Shown: piece after piece, positions 37,700 to 50,300 of the stretch | How positions within the stretch are numbered: position 1 is the stretch's first letter | How the letters are laid out: every line of letters begins with the position of its first letter | NCBI GenBank assembly: GCA_905178155.1 | Contig: CAJINV010000004.1 | Span: 9,834,625 to 9,898,624, forward strand | Source: Amoebophrya sp. A120 | Lineage: Eukaryota; Protista; Dinoflagellata | DNA length: 64,000 nucleotides | Direction of reading: 5' to 3' | Made by a program: the position numbers and the translations under genes | The notes under the pieces: generated by a model | Told to the model about the DNA's origin: nothing | The model's database searches: none | What the model saw: only the letters and a program-made list of their open reading frames with translations

Positions 37700-39490
37700 C
37701 AAAGTCGGGCTGTTCGCTGCTTTATCTTCGGCGCCGCTGTTCTATTTCATTGGCCCCGGCGCCCAGAGCTCGGGAAGGCAGAGGGTGGGCGTGGAGAGTG
37801 CCGCGAGGCCCGAGGCAAGTCGGGGCGCACACTCTGGCCCAGAAGAAGACGGACTGCGAGAGGCGAGAAATTGCGGCGAATCGGAAGGGGCACGCTCTCG
37901 GGGGTTCGGCGGTAGATTCGGATGACGAGCGCGGGGGCGCCTGGTCCGACGACAGTTGCGCCACGCAATGCGGACAGATGAAACGCGCGCGAGCCTAGCG
38001 CCGCCATCAAGTTTTGAAGGAAGACGCAGCCGCGCGTGACGGCGTGGGGCGCCCTTTGGCGTTGCCGCTGCCCTTTGCCCGGGCCGGGCAAAGAGCAGCG
38101 GCAACGCAGACGGCGCGCAGATGCCTGGGGCGCAGCTCGCTGCCCCGCCTCGTAGAATAGGCGCGCGCGCGGCGGGAGACTCGTCAGGGCTCGCTGAAGA
38201 ACCCGCCCCCCCTTTCCCCGCCGGCGCACAGACGCGGGCGCAGTAGATAACCTCCTCCGGAACCACAAGGGCGAACGAAGCCCGTAGCAGTGGCCTATCT
38301 CTCCGGTGGTGGCGTGGGTTGTTTGGCGCAGCGATTCGGAGGCGGGCCGCGCGGGTTGGCGTCGCCTTTGGCTTTGGGTGTCCTTGCATGCAGTCGCGGC
38401 CCCCCCGCCGGCAGGTGGGCTCGCTTAGTGGCTTGCGCGTGTGCGATTTGTGCCGGGCGGGCGGGGATTAGACGGCGGCGGCCGGGGAAGCCTGGACGCG
38501 GCACAAGAATCAGGGGACCGCCGAAGCGGGTGGCGTGTTAGTTTCGTAGTTTGTTGCCTGTGCCCGTGGTAGCGCATGGGGCCGGGTGGCGCAGCAGGGG
38601 GGTGGGGCCTACTAGCGGCAATGGGGCGGGGGGGCAGGTGTTTTGTTGTTGCCGATGTGGTGACATGCGATACAGGCACGGCCGCCAAGCGTGTGGCCTC
38701 CCTGGAAAACGCATTCGCATTGCTCGCAGGGGGCCTCCGTGCCTATGCTCCCGCCCGCGCGCAGCACCTCCCTGCCCGCCCTTGCGGCTTTGGTCGGTTG
38801 TTCGGTCGCCTGGATGCTATCGGGCCTGGTTGGATGGGGCCGGCGGCAGCGCCGGCGCCTGCCTATAGCTGGCTCCCATCGTGATAAAAAGAGGTGGCGC
38901 ACAGGTCGGCGGGGCCCTGGAGTGCGGCGCAAGCTCTGCGCTGTCTCGGATCGTGCCCCGGACCAAGTAGGCGAGGGCGAGGCCCTGCGCACCAATTCAC
39001 AATGGAGGCCGAAAGGGAGGCCGCTGATTCATTGAAGAGGGCGCGGCCAGAGCGGGCCCCTCCGTTCCGTATCGACGACACACTTGCCGCCGCCAAGGTG
39101 CGCGCCTCCATCCGCCGGCCGGTGGGCCTCGTGTCGTACGCCCTTGCTTGGATTTTCTTCGTGTGGGGTTGGTGTGCCCCGCGGCTTGTTTGGTTGTCGT
39201 GCTCGCTATTTTGCGTGGGAGGAAGGGGGGGGCGAGGGTGTGCCCTCTCGGGTATTTCCATCCCGCCCCCCCCTCAAAGTGCCCCGCATTCCTTGGTGAC
39301 CAAGAAGCGCAGCTATGTTCTGTTGGTTCTTGGCCCCGCCCGTCTTCATCGGCGCAAGATGTTGCCGCCCTTGCAAGGAAGTAAATATGCAGGCCCATGG
39401 GGGAATGTCTGTGGCTTCGCGCCTAGTATGCGAGCCATGTGGCGTCAGAATCCATCGCACACCACAGCCAGTCCGCGGTCGGTGTTCTAG
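37700..39490 (+). other. GC-rich intergenic block, possibly a decayed retroelement
   Basis: Abrupt composition shift and no credible intact ORF; faint tyrosine-recombinase-like fragments near 39000-39310. Confidence 0.3.
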
Positions 39491-40082
39491 GTTGCCGATA
39501 TCTACTAAATAGGGCTTGTCTGTCTATGCAAAGTACTCTGCGATAGTAGTTTTGGTGTGTTGCTTGCGCCTCATATTTCGCAATGTCATTCGTGATACAA
39601 TTGAGCGATCGGATATACCCACTAGCAGCTCCCCATGTACAACTTTCTTCTATCTTTGTGAAAAGAAGGGTATTACGAGTCGACGATGGCACCACGTTTT
39701 TACTCACCTATGTTACATTTAAGTTTGTCCCTTGACCGAGTTCCTGTTGTCTTCGGGTTCGGCATTGATTTCGGCATAGCAGTCCTTGTCATTTGGCCTA
39801 GACAACAAGGAGAAATCTTTAAGTCAATATTAGGAGGTAACGAATTTCTCGATTCGGTATCTGTATCTGTAAGCGCCAAACATCAACACGATGAGCGAAC
39901 CGCCCTGGATTAGTCCATCCTCCTCTCCGTCGGTGCTGGTTTCTGGAGCATAGAAGCCACCGGAGCGCTCGCAACCGCATCTCCCGTCGAGGTCGAGTCG
40001 GAGTCAAGGCAAAGCGTTTTCTTCTCCTGATTCATCCACCCCAGGAGCCACGTAGCCTCTCCGAGAAACACCTCAGCCCGCC

Positions 40083-43000
40083 ATGGCCTGGTGCGTGTTC
40101 GCTCTCTTCGACCGTAATGCATGGAAGCTTGCCGTTGGTGGCACTTTCGCGCTCGACCTTCTTTTGCAGTTCATCTGTGCAATCTGGGCCGCACAGTCCA
40201 GTATCTGGGAATTCCACCATGGCGCCGTGGACTTACTGGTGCTCGCCGCGTTTCGCGCCGTGCTGTCCGCTGGCATCACGTATTTCATGTGTTGCCTTTT
40301 TCCATAAGAAAAAAGCCCTTCCTGTAAAGTACACTGCGATGACGTTTCTGCATGTAAGTCAGTACTTATGATGAAAAGGAGGTAATTGAATAGTACTCAT
40401 TTCAAAACCGATCTTATCCAGGATCGTCTCCGTCTGGTGGTGGCGTCGTGGGATGCGCCGCGCCCGGAGCCACATCGAGCAAGCAACCACCTCTGACGAA
40501 TCCTCGAGCAGCAGCTCCTCTGCGGATATCGCGGAAAACGTCGCATCGGAACTCTTGATTTGCGCTGAGGTGCCAGGAGGAACCACTTCGACTTCCTCTC
40601 CAAAAAATACAACCTCGAGCAGTAGAATTAGCAGCTCAACTGCACCCTCGTCCACCGCAGATGACTTTCTCCTCGAGAACCTCAACCGACCTGCGGTGGA
40701 TGCTCTGGGCGAGAAGCGGGATTCGGACGGTGTTGAGAGGAAAAAGCTGTACGTCAACGACGTAAAGGCGGCGGAATTCGCGAAGCTGGTCCTGCTGTAT
40801 TTCCTCTTCGTGTGCTGCTTCGCCATGTCGGTCTACACTGGGGTGAAAACGGTCGTGTTCGGAGATGACAGCAGCAACGGACGAGGAACAAGCTCTGCTT
40901 CCCCGGATGGTGAGGAGCCCTCGACTCTATTCCACCTGTTCGTGTCGAAAACCTTCTTCAGCGATGGCAACATCAACAGCAATCTTACGCAAGATCCTGG
41001 CTTCGACTTCATCTCGGACTCCGCCACCAGCACGCGGTGGCTTTCCTATTTTCTGGGTACGGGGGTTTTCCTCATCAATCTGGAATTTTTCCTTCTCCGG
41101 GACTTCATTGAGGATCTCACCAAGGAAGAAGGCGAAGTGGTGAAGCGGCTCCATCCACACCCGCTCTTCTTCACGCTCGATCTCCAGTGTCACTACTGCG
41201 ACGTGTGCCACGAAAAGACGCAGAAGCCGTACTTTGAGGCGTACCGGTGCAGAACCTGCGACTTCGACCTCTGCCCACGTTGCTACCGGCGGAAAGACAA
41301 TCCGAATTTCAAGGGGGTGGCGTTCCGCGATGATGAGGGCCAGGAGAAGGACTCGCTTACCACCATGGGATACTTTAAAAAATGCATCGAGATGTGCATG
41401 GAATTCTGGCCGACCATGCTGATGGCGACCGGGAGCCTGGTGGTTTGCCAGATTTTGACACTGATGGCGCCGAATTTGCAGGGGCAGATTTTCGACGCGA
41501 TCATTGGAAAGGCGTCGAAGATGATAACCACTGGTGGCGCACCTGCTGCAGCTGTTGCTGCCCTTAGCACGAGTGGGACTGTAGCAGCGGATCATGGGGG
41601 ACTTCTCGGGAACATGTTGGCGACTCCTACTAGTGCTCCGGATCAAATACTTCAACAGGAGCAAGTAGCAACCTCCGCATTCACTTCCTCAACAGTTGCA
41701 GCACCAGCGGCACAAGGAGCATTTCACGCAGCAACCGACCCGATTTCGCAAAAACTTTACGTGGACCTGTCCGCGTTGCAAGAGATGCTGGACCCCTACG
41801 CACTGTTCATCCAACCGGTGCTCGAATTCGTCAATCCCTGCGACCTATCGAATGCAAATATGTCTGAGTCTGGAAAGTTGGAACTTGTGATGCTAGCTTT
41901 GGATAATCTAAAAGAACCTGTATTGCATGACTAGCAAGTAGAGGAGTCCAGTTTGTGCTACGCGGGGAGGGGATTTGTCATGCGGAATAGGCATCGAGAA
42001 GCTCTCAGAAGATCTGTGATGCTGGGGAATACATCACAGACGTCACGGGTCATGTAAAATCTGCATGACAAGTTGCAACCTTCCAGACCCAGACATATTT
42101 GCATTTGACACGACATCCCCGTGGTTCTGCAAGACGACCACCCGGCCATCCACCCGGACGTTGAGCGGTTCCGCACTGTCATGCGGTGGTACGTTGCGGT
42201 CAACGTTTTGTCCGGTTTCTTCAACGGCTTACGCTCCCTCGGCATCGAACTCTCCATGCGCTCCCTTGCCGCGATCACCCGGCGGAAAGTGTTCCACAGC
42301 TTGATTCAAATCGACATTGCGCACTTCGACGCCATGCACACCGGGCAGCTGACCTCCCGGTTGACCAACGACGTCTCCGCGATGGTTTCGCCTTTGTCCA
42401 CCATCATGAACGACTTAGTCTCGAACACCATCTTATGCATTGCAAAAGTATAATCGTACTAGTATAATTGCAATATTACAAATAATTTCCTTATCATGAG
42501 AAATGGAATTTGTATTTGTCATGCGGATTTGCCTGAGCAGAAAGATTTGTAATGCAAGACTTGCATTCATTTTCATACGAATTATACGATACTCTTGCAC
42601 TGCATAAATCTTGCTCGTCGGCGGGATCTTCATGGCCTTTTACACCTCCTGGCGCTTGTCCATCCTCGGGATCTGCGTGGTCCCGCCGATCACGTTTATG
42701 TACCGCCGGTATAGTCGGTGGGCAAAGGGGATCAACCGGGGGATCTGGCAGGCCTACGGTGACTGCAACGCCGTCGCGAACGAGGCGATCAGCAACATCC
42801 GAACGGTTCGGGCGTTCGCGGCTGAGGACTACGAAATCCACAGATTCGACCAGGGAGTCAACGTTGCTTTAAACTACGGCACGAAGAACAGCTACGTGGG
42901 CGCCAGTGTGCAGGCCTTCAGCAGCTACATGAACCTCTTCACCGCGATTCTCATCCTGTGGTACGGTGGGGTGAGCGTGATCAACTCGACGAACAACAGG

Positions 43001-46000
43001 CCGGACAGTGGTGGAGCCAATGGCGACATGCTGACGATTGGCGGGTTGATCACTTTTCAACTCTACTGGAACATGATGAACTCGGCGTTTCTAAATTTAT
43101 CCAATGTCTTCAACCAACTGATCCGCGCTTCCTCCGCCGCAGAGCGGGTGTTTCAGATCTATCAAATGTGAAAATGTCTGGGTCTGGAAGAATGCCAGAT
43201 TTGTCATGCAGGTTTTCCATGACTCATGAAGTCTGGTATGTAGGACATAGCATGACAGATTCTGTGAGAGTTCTATCGTGCCTATCCTGCATGAGAAACT
43301 GCCGCTCGATTAGGTCAAATAAAGTGGGCAGCTTTTGGTAATCATGCAACACAGATTTTTGCATGATTCAGATTTAGCATGACAAGCTGCTTTGTTCCAG
43401 ACCCACACCTTTTTTCATTCCATAAGATCATCGACGCCACGAAAGACAAAGCGAATCTGGTGAAGACGCCGGTACTATCGAAATGAAAAATCCCCCCACC
43501 CCACACTCAAACTAGAAATTTGCGATGCAGATTTGTGGTCACAAATCAGCTTTGTCATGCTAAAAGGGTGGAAAAGATGCGGACTGTAGTGCTGGTTGGC
43601 GTGGGAAAGCCTTGCATCTTCAGCATGACAGGGGGCAGATGGAAGTGGGAAACAGCATGACAAATTGCCTGCAAACGAGGCCGCAGCTGCGTCTCTTGGC
43701 CTTCTAGCATTACAAGTCGATTTGTGTACTCAAATACAGCATCACACATTTCGTTTTCGATATGGGGAGGGGGGATTTTTCCTTTTGATAGGTACCTAGA
43801 GGAACCGCGGCGTTGAGTGTGACTGGTGGAGCAACTACTTTTGCGCAGCAAGGCCGCGGAGGTACTACCACCGGAGCTATTGGCGGTACAGGCGGTGGTT
43901 TGAACACGGGGAGCACTTGCGCAACTAGTACAGATCTACGGTCCGCTACCTCGACTTCCAGCTTTGATACTACAACCAGTGTACAACAGCAGGACAGTAA
44001 CGGCAACTCTATTACGATCGTCCACGGCGAGCCTTTACTCTCCGCGGAGGACCGGGCTGAGATGGACAATATTAATTTGAACAACACACACAACGCGGCA
44101 CAGTCCTCCCCCGCCGGAAAGTCCGACGTGTCCGCAGCGGAAGTGGCCGCAGCGCTTTCCTCGTCACCGAATTCAGGTGGTTTCGGTACCAGCGACTACG
44201 AGTTGCAAGACGTCGTGGCGCATGCTTTACCTGAAACCGATTCCACCTCGACAACTGCGGTTGGCACATTGTCCCCCACCTCTACTTCATCTTCCCGGCA
44301 GGTATCTTCAAATGTTGTCGAAACCGCAAATAATTCTAGTAATCTCCTCCCCGTGACCACGATGCAGGGCGAGATAAAGTTAGAGAATGTGCACTTCAAG
44401 TACCAAACGCGGCCGGAGAACCCGGTATTGAACGGGTTAAACCTCACCTTGAAACCGAACACGACGACCGCTCTGGTTGGGAAATCCGGTGGCGGGAAAT
44501 CGACCGTCATTCACTTGCTGCTGAAATTCTACGATGTCACGGAGGGAAAGATCAAGATCGACGGGAAGGACTTGAACACTTTGAATCCCCAGGACGTCCG
44601 GAAATTTGTCGGCTTCGTCGCCCAGGACACGCAGCTGTTTGCAACTTCGATTCTGGACAACCTGCTCTACGGCTTGGAAAACCGGGAAACCATCACGACG
44701 AAGGAAGTGATCGAAGCGTGTAAGTTAGCCAACGCGCACGACTTCATCATGGACACAGAAGACAAGTACCAAACGCGGGTGGGCGAGAAGGGGGTGATGC
44801 TCTCCGGCGGGCAGAAGCAGCGGCTGGCGTTAGCGCGTATCAAATGCAAATATGTCTGGGTCTGGAAGGTTGCAAGTCTGTCATGCTAAGTCTGGATAGC
44901 ACAAAAATTTGTGTTGCATGATATACCAAAACGTGTCCACTTCTGAACAAGTTTAGCGGCAGTTTGTCATGCAGGATAGACATGATAGAGACTTCGCAGA
45001 ACCTGTCATGCTAGGTCCTGCATTGCCGACCTCATGGGGCATGGAAAATATGCATGACAAGCTGGCATTCGTCCAGACCCAGGCATATTTGCATTTGATA
45101 GTGCGGTGCTTTTTGCGAAAGCCAAAATTGCTCTTCCTCGACGAGGCGACCTCCGCGCTGGTATCCTGTGCAAAAGTATCGTACTCGTATTGCAATCACG
45201 CATTACAAGAACAAATCTTTTTCTTAAGGTGAATTCGCATTACAAAGTTTATTTCTCATGCTGAGGAAACTTGTAATGCATTTATACGAGTACGATACTG
45301 TTGTAGTTCATAGCTGGATGCGGAAAACGAAGCGTTGGTGCAAGAGGGGATTGACAGATTGCTGGAGCAGTGCAACAGCTATCAACTGCAAAAATGTCTG
45401 GGTGCTCTGGAAGAGTTGGGACTTGTCATGCACATTTTGCATGGCCCGTGAGGTCTGTGATGCTGGTGCTAACATCACAGATTTCTTGAGAGCTTCTTGA
45501 TGCTAATTACGCATGAGAAACGCCCTCTCCGCCTGCCAAGAACTGACTCCTCTTGCTGCTCATGCAACACAGATATTTTTAGAATCCCCAGACAGCATTA
45601 CAAGTCCCACTCTTCCAGACCCAGACACTTTTGCAATCCATAGCAACACGGTGCTGTTGATTGCACACCGGTTGTCCACGGTGATGAACGCGGATCAGAT
45701 CGCGGTGGTGAACGGGGGCAAGATTGTGGAGCTCGGGAACCTATGAAATGCAAAAGCATCGTACTAGTAGAACTCGCATGACAAATTTCCTCGGCATGAG
45801 AAATGAAATTTGTAATGGGGATTTGACTTGAGAAAGAAATTTGTAATGCATGAATGTGATTAGTGCGAACGAGTACGATACTTTTGCAATGCATAGAAGC
45901 ACGAAAAACTGTGCAAAAAAGGCGGAATTTACGCGAAGTTGGTGCAGCGCCAGATGAAGCGGGATGCGAACGTCATCGACGAACAGAAATTGTTGGACGG

Positions 46001-46160
46001 GGCTGGGAATAGTCCGGTGGGGTCGAGGACTACAACCAGGTCGAAGGAAGCGATTGTGGAGGTTGCGCCGAAGAAAGTTGTGGAGCCGAAGAAGGGTGGC
46101 CCGGCAAAAACGGAAATCGATGAACTCTTCGAGTCTGCGGAAATCGACGATGTTGCGTAA
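40083..46160 (+). CDS. ABCB-family half transporter (TAP/ABCB9-like) with a ZZ/DC1-like zinc finger between the N-terminal TM region and the core TMD
   Basis: Walker A GKSGGGKST, Q-loop FVAQD, signature LSGGQKQRLALAR, Walker B/D-loop LLFLDEATSALD, H-loop IAHRLST. TMD motifs FD..HTGQLTSRLTND and EAISNIRTVRAF. Eight introners plus one canonical intron near 40280-40421. Confidence 0.92.
41846..42110. mobile_element. Introner family B (ACA end)
   Basis: DR CGACC/CGACA. Confidence 0.9.
42434..42606. mobile_element. Introner family A
   Basis: DR CATCT/AATCT. Confidence 0.9.
43160..43424. mobile_element. Introner family B
   Basis: DR AGATC/AGATC. Confidence 0.92.
43476..43790. mobile_element. Introner family C
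   Basis: TATCGAAATGAAAAATCCCCCCACCCCA / TGGGGAGGGGGGATTTTTCCTTTTGATA; DR GGTAC/GGTAC; interior is reverse-oriented relative to 1-195. Confidence 0.92.
44838..45100. mobile_element. Introner family B
   Basis: DR GCGCG/GTGCG; directly after the ABC signature motif. Confidence 0.92.
45162..45312. mobile_element. Introner family A
   Basis: DR GCTGG/GCTGG; splits the D-loop SAL-D. Confidence 0.93.
45380..45642. mobile_element. Introner family B
   Basis: DR ACAGC/GCAAC (diverged). Confidence 0.88.
45742..45895. mobile_element. Introner family A
   Basis: DR GAACC/GAAGC. Confidence 0.9.
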
Positions 46161-47377
46161 GGGGAGGTACAAAAACAAGCGGTCAGGATTTTTTAGTCGT
46201 GGGGCTCGCTTGCCAACAAACATAACTTCTACTGTTGCACTGACGCTGACCCAGACGCGGCGTATTTTTCTGATCATGTACCGCTCGCGCTCACGATATT
46301 CTTCGTTACCGTTACTACCATGCAAAAGACAACGCTTGCTTTCTGCGCTGTTTCTGGCCAGCTGTGGAAAAATTTACACCGGCTAAGGCTATCGGGAAAG
46401 AAGTTCGAAATGAACCGTCGACAACCATCTTCAGTTTTTATAAGCGTACTACCGCAGCTGGGTGAGCAACTACTTTAAAATTTTCCATAAATGTACCCAC
46501 GCCTGTGCATGATGAGACCCGTTTTTATCTTGCTTTTGACTTTTTCTAGAAGTTGCTCAACCGCCAGCATTCCCCGGCGGAACAAATGCTGTCTTATCCT
46601 CGGGACTCACTCATAGTAATTCAAAAAGAAAGAAGATGGTTTCTACAATGTCAATGTCAATGTACACCAGAGAGCACCACTTCATCTACTAAAGAAGGTG
46701 CACGAGAGAAAATCATCGCTAGACACTTCATCTGACGTCTCAATCTTTGTCGACACGAATAGGATTATAGGCTATGTGAAGGGAGCTGCTGCACTAAATG
46801 ACGCCTTGTCCACCTCCGTCGATTCTACTTCTGATTCTGAGACTACAGATGAGGTTAAAGTCTTCACTTCCTAAACACAAAAATCTTCCATGGCCTCCAA
46901 TTATGATGAAGAACATGAAACATCAAATGTCAATAGTTGTGGCTGCTTCTAACCCAAGTAACGCACGGACATCATGGATGTGACTGTACTTAAAGGCTTT
47001 GTCGTGGTCGTTGTTGCAAACAACTCATCTAGGGCTTCTTACAAAAAACTACACCGCGACTTACGCGAAAAGATGAGGCTTGATGCTCATGCTTCCGCTC
47101 ATCTCGAGCTGTATAGTGATAGTTGTGCTGTTGTTGATGCTGTTCCACTTCCGCCACATCCGGTGCATTGTACTTATCTAGCTGCAGAAGTAGTCAACGG
47201 GAACGGATTCGTCTTGCTGGACAAAAAAGTTCGTCTTGGACTATGAAAAATAAAGAAATCCCAGGCCAAAGATCACAACTCTGATTTTGATTGAAAGAGC
47301 TTTCATGTCGACGAGAACCGCTTTTGTAGCTTTTCTCCTTATTTGATTCTGTCATCTCCTAGCGAAAAACGTAGAAC

Positions 47378-50300
47378 ATGATGAACACGACCTCTGGCAC
47401 TTCATCTGTTGTCGCCAGCCATCCTGTTCCGCACCAGACGGCACAGCCGGCGCAGGCGGTTTCCTCGAGCACTGCTGCACCCCCGAAAAATATGGACGAC
47501 TGGCGTGATCCATTCGCGGCCTCTGGCACGGCACGTGGACAGGTACCCCTTGCAGGAGGTGCTGGCACAGGAGCGTTAGGGCATGTTTTGCAGCCGGAGA
47601 AACCGATAGTACAGAAGACGCATCCTGGCCAACAAGCACAACATTTTTTTGGCGGCGTCTCTACGACAGGTGGAAGATCATCAACTGCCCATAACCAAGC
47701 GCTGGGAGGCCCTGGTATGGCTAGTATGGCCCCAACGTCGTCGTCGACCGCAAGTGCATCAGCATCATCTTCGAGCAAAAATGCTGGTATGGTCGTTCTT
47801 CACCACCACCAAAATACCATTCCGGTCAGGAAACACCCAGATGACCACGCAACAAGCATCAAACCAGCAGCGAAGCAGACCAAAAGGAAACCTCCCATGA
47901 CTTTCGGCTTGAAGAAAAAGAAAAAGAAGACGCACTGGACGTCGAAACGAGTAAGGATCGAAGCTCACCGCGGACCTGTTTTGTGGGTGCAGGGAAATGT
48001 CACCAATTTTGCCGGTGAGTACGAAAAGGAGCGGGACGAATTGTATCCCGGTGTTGATCAAAATGCCGGAAACATCGTTGGTGCTTTACCTCCTCCTCCT
48101 CCTCCTGCTGTTGTTCCGGCGGATTTCGAGAAGCGGGAGAAGCAGCATGAGGAGCGGTTTTTTTTCCGCTTGTTTTCGACGTCGAGCTCGGGCCTGAAGA
48201 AACATGAACTACATCCTCTCACTAACAGGGCGAGTGCCAGCAGAGAAGAGACTGCCGACGCTGCAGATGTTGTTGAAACACTGCCTGAAGATATTACTGC
48301 ACCGGCGGGGGCGGAGGGCGAAAGAAATTTGGGCGAGCTTGGCAAACAGCCGAGCGTTGTAGCTGGAAGCGGTGCTGCTGATCGTGCAGTGGGAGGACTA
48401 GAGCGCGATGCGGCAGATCATGTTGTCATGATGCAGTGCGACGAGGAGGTTGACGTTGAAGACGATGTCGAGCTCGACGCAACAAAAGCGGCTGCAAGTA
48501 CTTCCGGTACAACACCAGCAAGAATCAGTGGCTTGCCTGCCCTGCCCTCGCCCTCCTCCTCAGAAGTGTCCCCTCAGGTACTATCAGACGCCGACACAAA
48601 GAACAAAAAAGATTCTACTGATGAACCCACGGTCTCAACGCGCTCGCCTTCAATTGAAAATGATGCTCATCTTCTAGAGGACTTCGCAGCACCAACAACC
48701 TCCGAAGGGGCCGTGTTATCGATGAAACGGTCTCAACATGAGCCGACCTCCCACGCCCACCGGCACCGGAATAATAAGCAGGAGCAAACCAAACAGCAAA
48801 CGAGAAACCAAGGGATTCCGGCTCATTTGCGGAACCAAAAAGTTCGCAAGCCGTATTTCGACGCGAATAAGATTCTTCGCAACGCGGTCGGCACGTGGGT
48901 CAGCACCGTTCCCAACGTTGTCTGCGAGGGGGCGGCCACGAACAAGGACAAACTCTGCTGGGTGAGTTACGATCAGCAGAGCGCAGCCCGGATATCAAAT
49001 GTAAAAGCGTCTGGGCCTGGAAACGTTAACGTCATGCTGTTTTTGCATGACACAGAAGTGCTGGATGAACCTTTGCATGACACAGAAGTGCTGGATGAAC
49101 CTTCTTTTTCTCACTTTTCTACCTTTCTTTTTCCTCCCTCGGTGCTAGTTGAAGGCGTTGCGCAGAACTATTTCTACTTGGGCACCCGCACAACTTCCGT
49201 CGCAGCCGTCCCAGTAGTTGCTGTGGATGTTCTTCGGTAGAAATCGCACTGCCCAATAAATTCCGCTAGAGTTTACCGGGTATGCGGCTACTGTTTGTCG
49301 AAATAATTTACATGGGGACGCCCTGCCCTTAGCCTTCCAACATGACACAGAAGTGCTGGCATGGAAGCTCGAGCATCACAGTTTTCGAGAAGCTTCCGCA
49401 ATGCTTAGCATCCGGCCACCTCGTACTTCGAAAAAACTTCAAAAAGACTTCAAAGATGAGTTCAGTGCGAGTTCAAAACGAACGCACACAAAATCCTATA
49501 TTTCTCGCAAAGTCATTTGACCTGTTGCAAAATCGCAAAGAGCCAGCGTTTCTGTCGAAAGTCAGCTGGCTTTGCGTGGTTTGCAATAACTCAAATGACT
49601 TTGTGCGGAATTTGCATCAAAAAAAGTCAATTGACTTTATGCTAATTTCAAAAAAAGTCAAATGTCTTTTCCTGAATTCGGCTCATTTCGCAAACAGACA
49701 GCAAAAATTTGAAGGATGTGCCCAATTTTTTTGCAGAAGTCAGTTGACTTTTCTGGCAAAAGCTCTCAGAAGTCAATTGGCTTCTCATAAAACGAAAATG
49801 AAGAGTCAATTGACTTTGCCTGGAAATCGTCAAAAGTCAATTGACCTGCGCCCTTTTTTAGGTCAACTGACAATGGGCAAATTATTGAACTCGGATTAAA
49901 CTCGTAATGAACTCGGTTTTGAACTCGTGCTCCGGTCTTTTTGAAAACTCTAAAAGTACGAGGTGGCCCCGTGCTAACAATGCCGAATCCGCATGACAAA
50001 TTCATCCCCACTTTGGTGACAGAAAGTGGGCGCCTCTTGCGACCAATGCATGAGAGATTTTTCTGTGTTCTGGAATGCGCATCACAAGTTTGTATTCTTC
50101 CAGGCCCATACATATTTGCAATTCATACCGGACACGGAGCTACTACTGGTTCCCGGCGAACTCCGAGCAGGAGATGCTGGAATGCTTCGAACTCGCGATT
50201 TTGAATTCCTATCCTGTGCAAAAGTATCGTACTCGTATTGCAATCATGCGTCACAAACTTTTTTGTTATAGGTAAATCCGCATTACAAATTTTATTGCTC

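Noticed and set aside
40083-46160. Genes as transposon-disrupted pseudogenes
   Set aside because: Catalytic motifs are intact and no stops or frameshifts remain after element removal; the same is true of LTV1.
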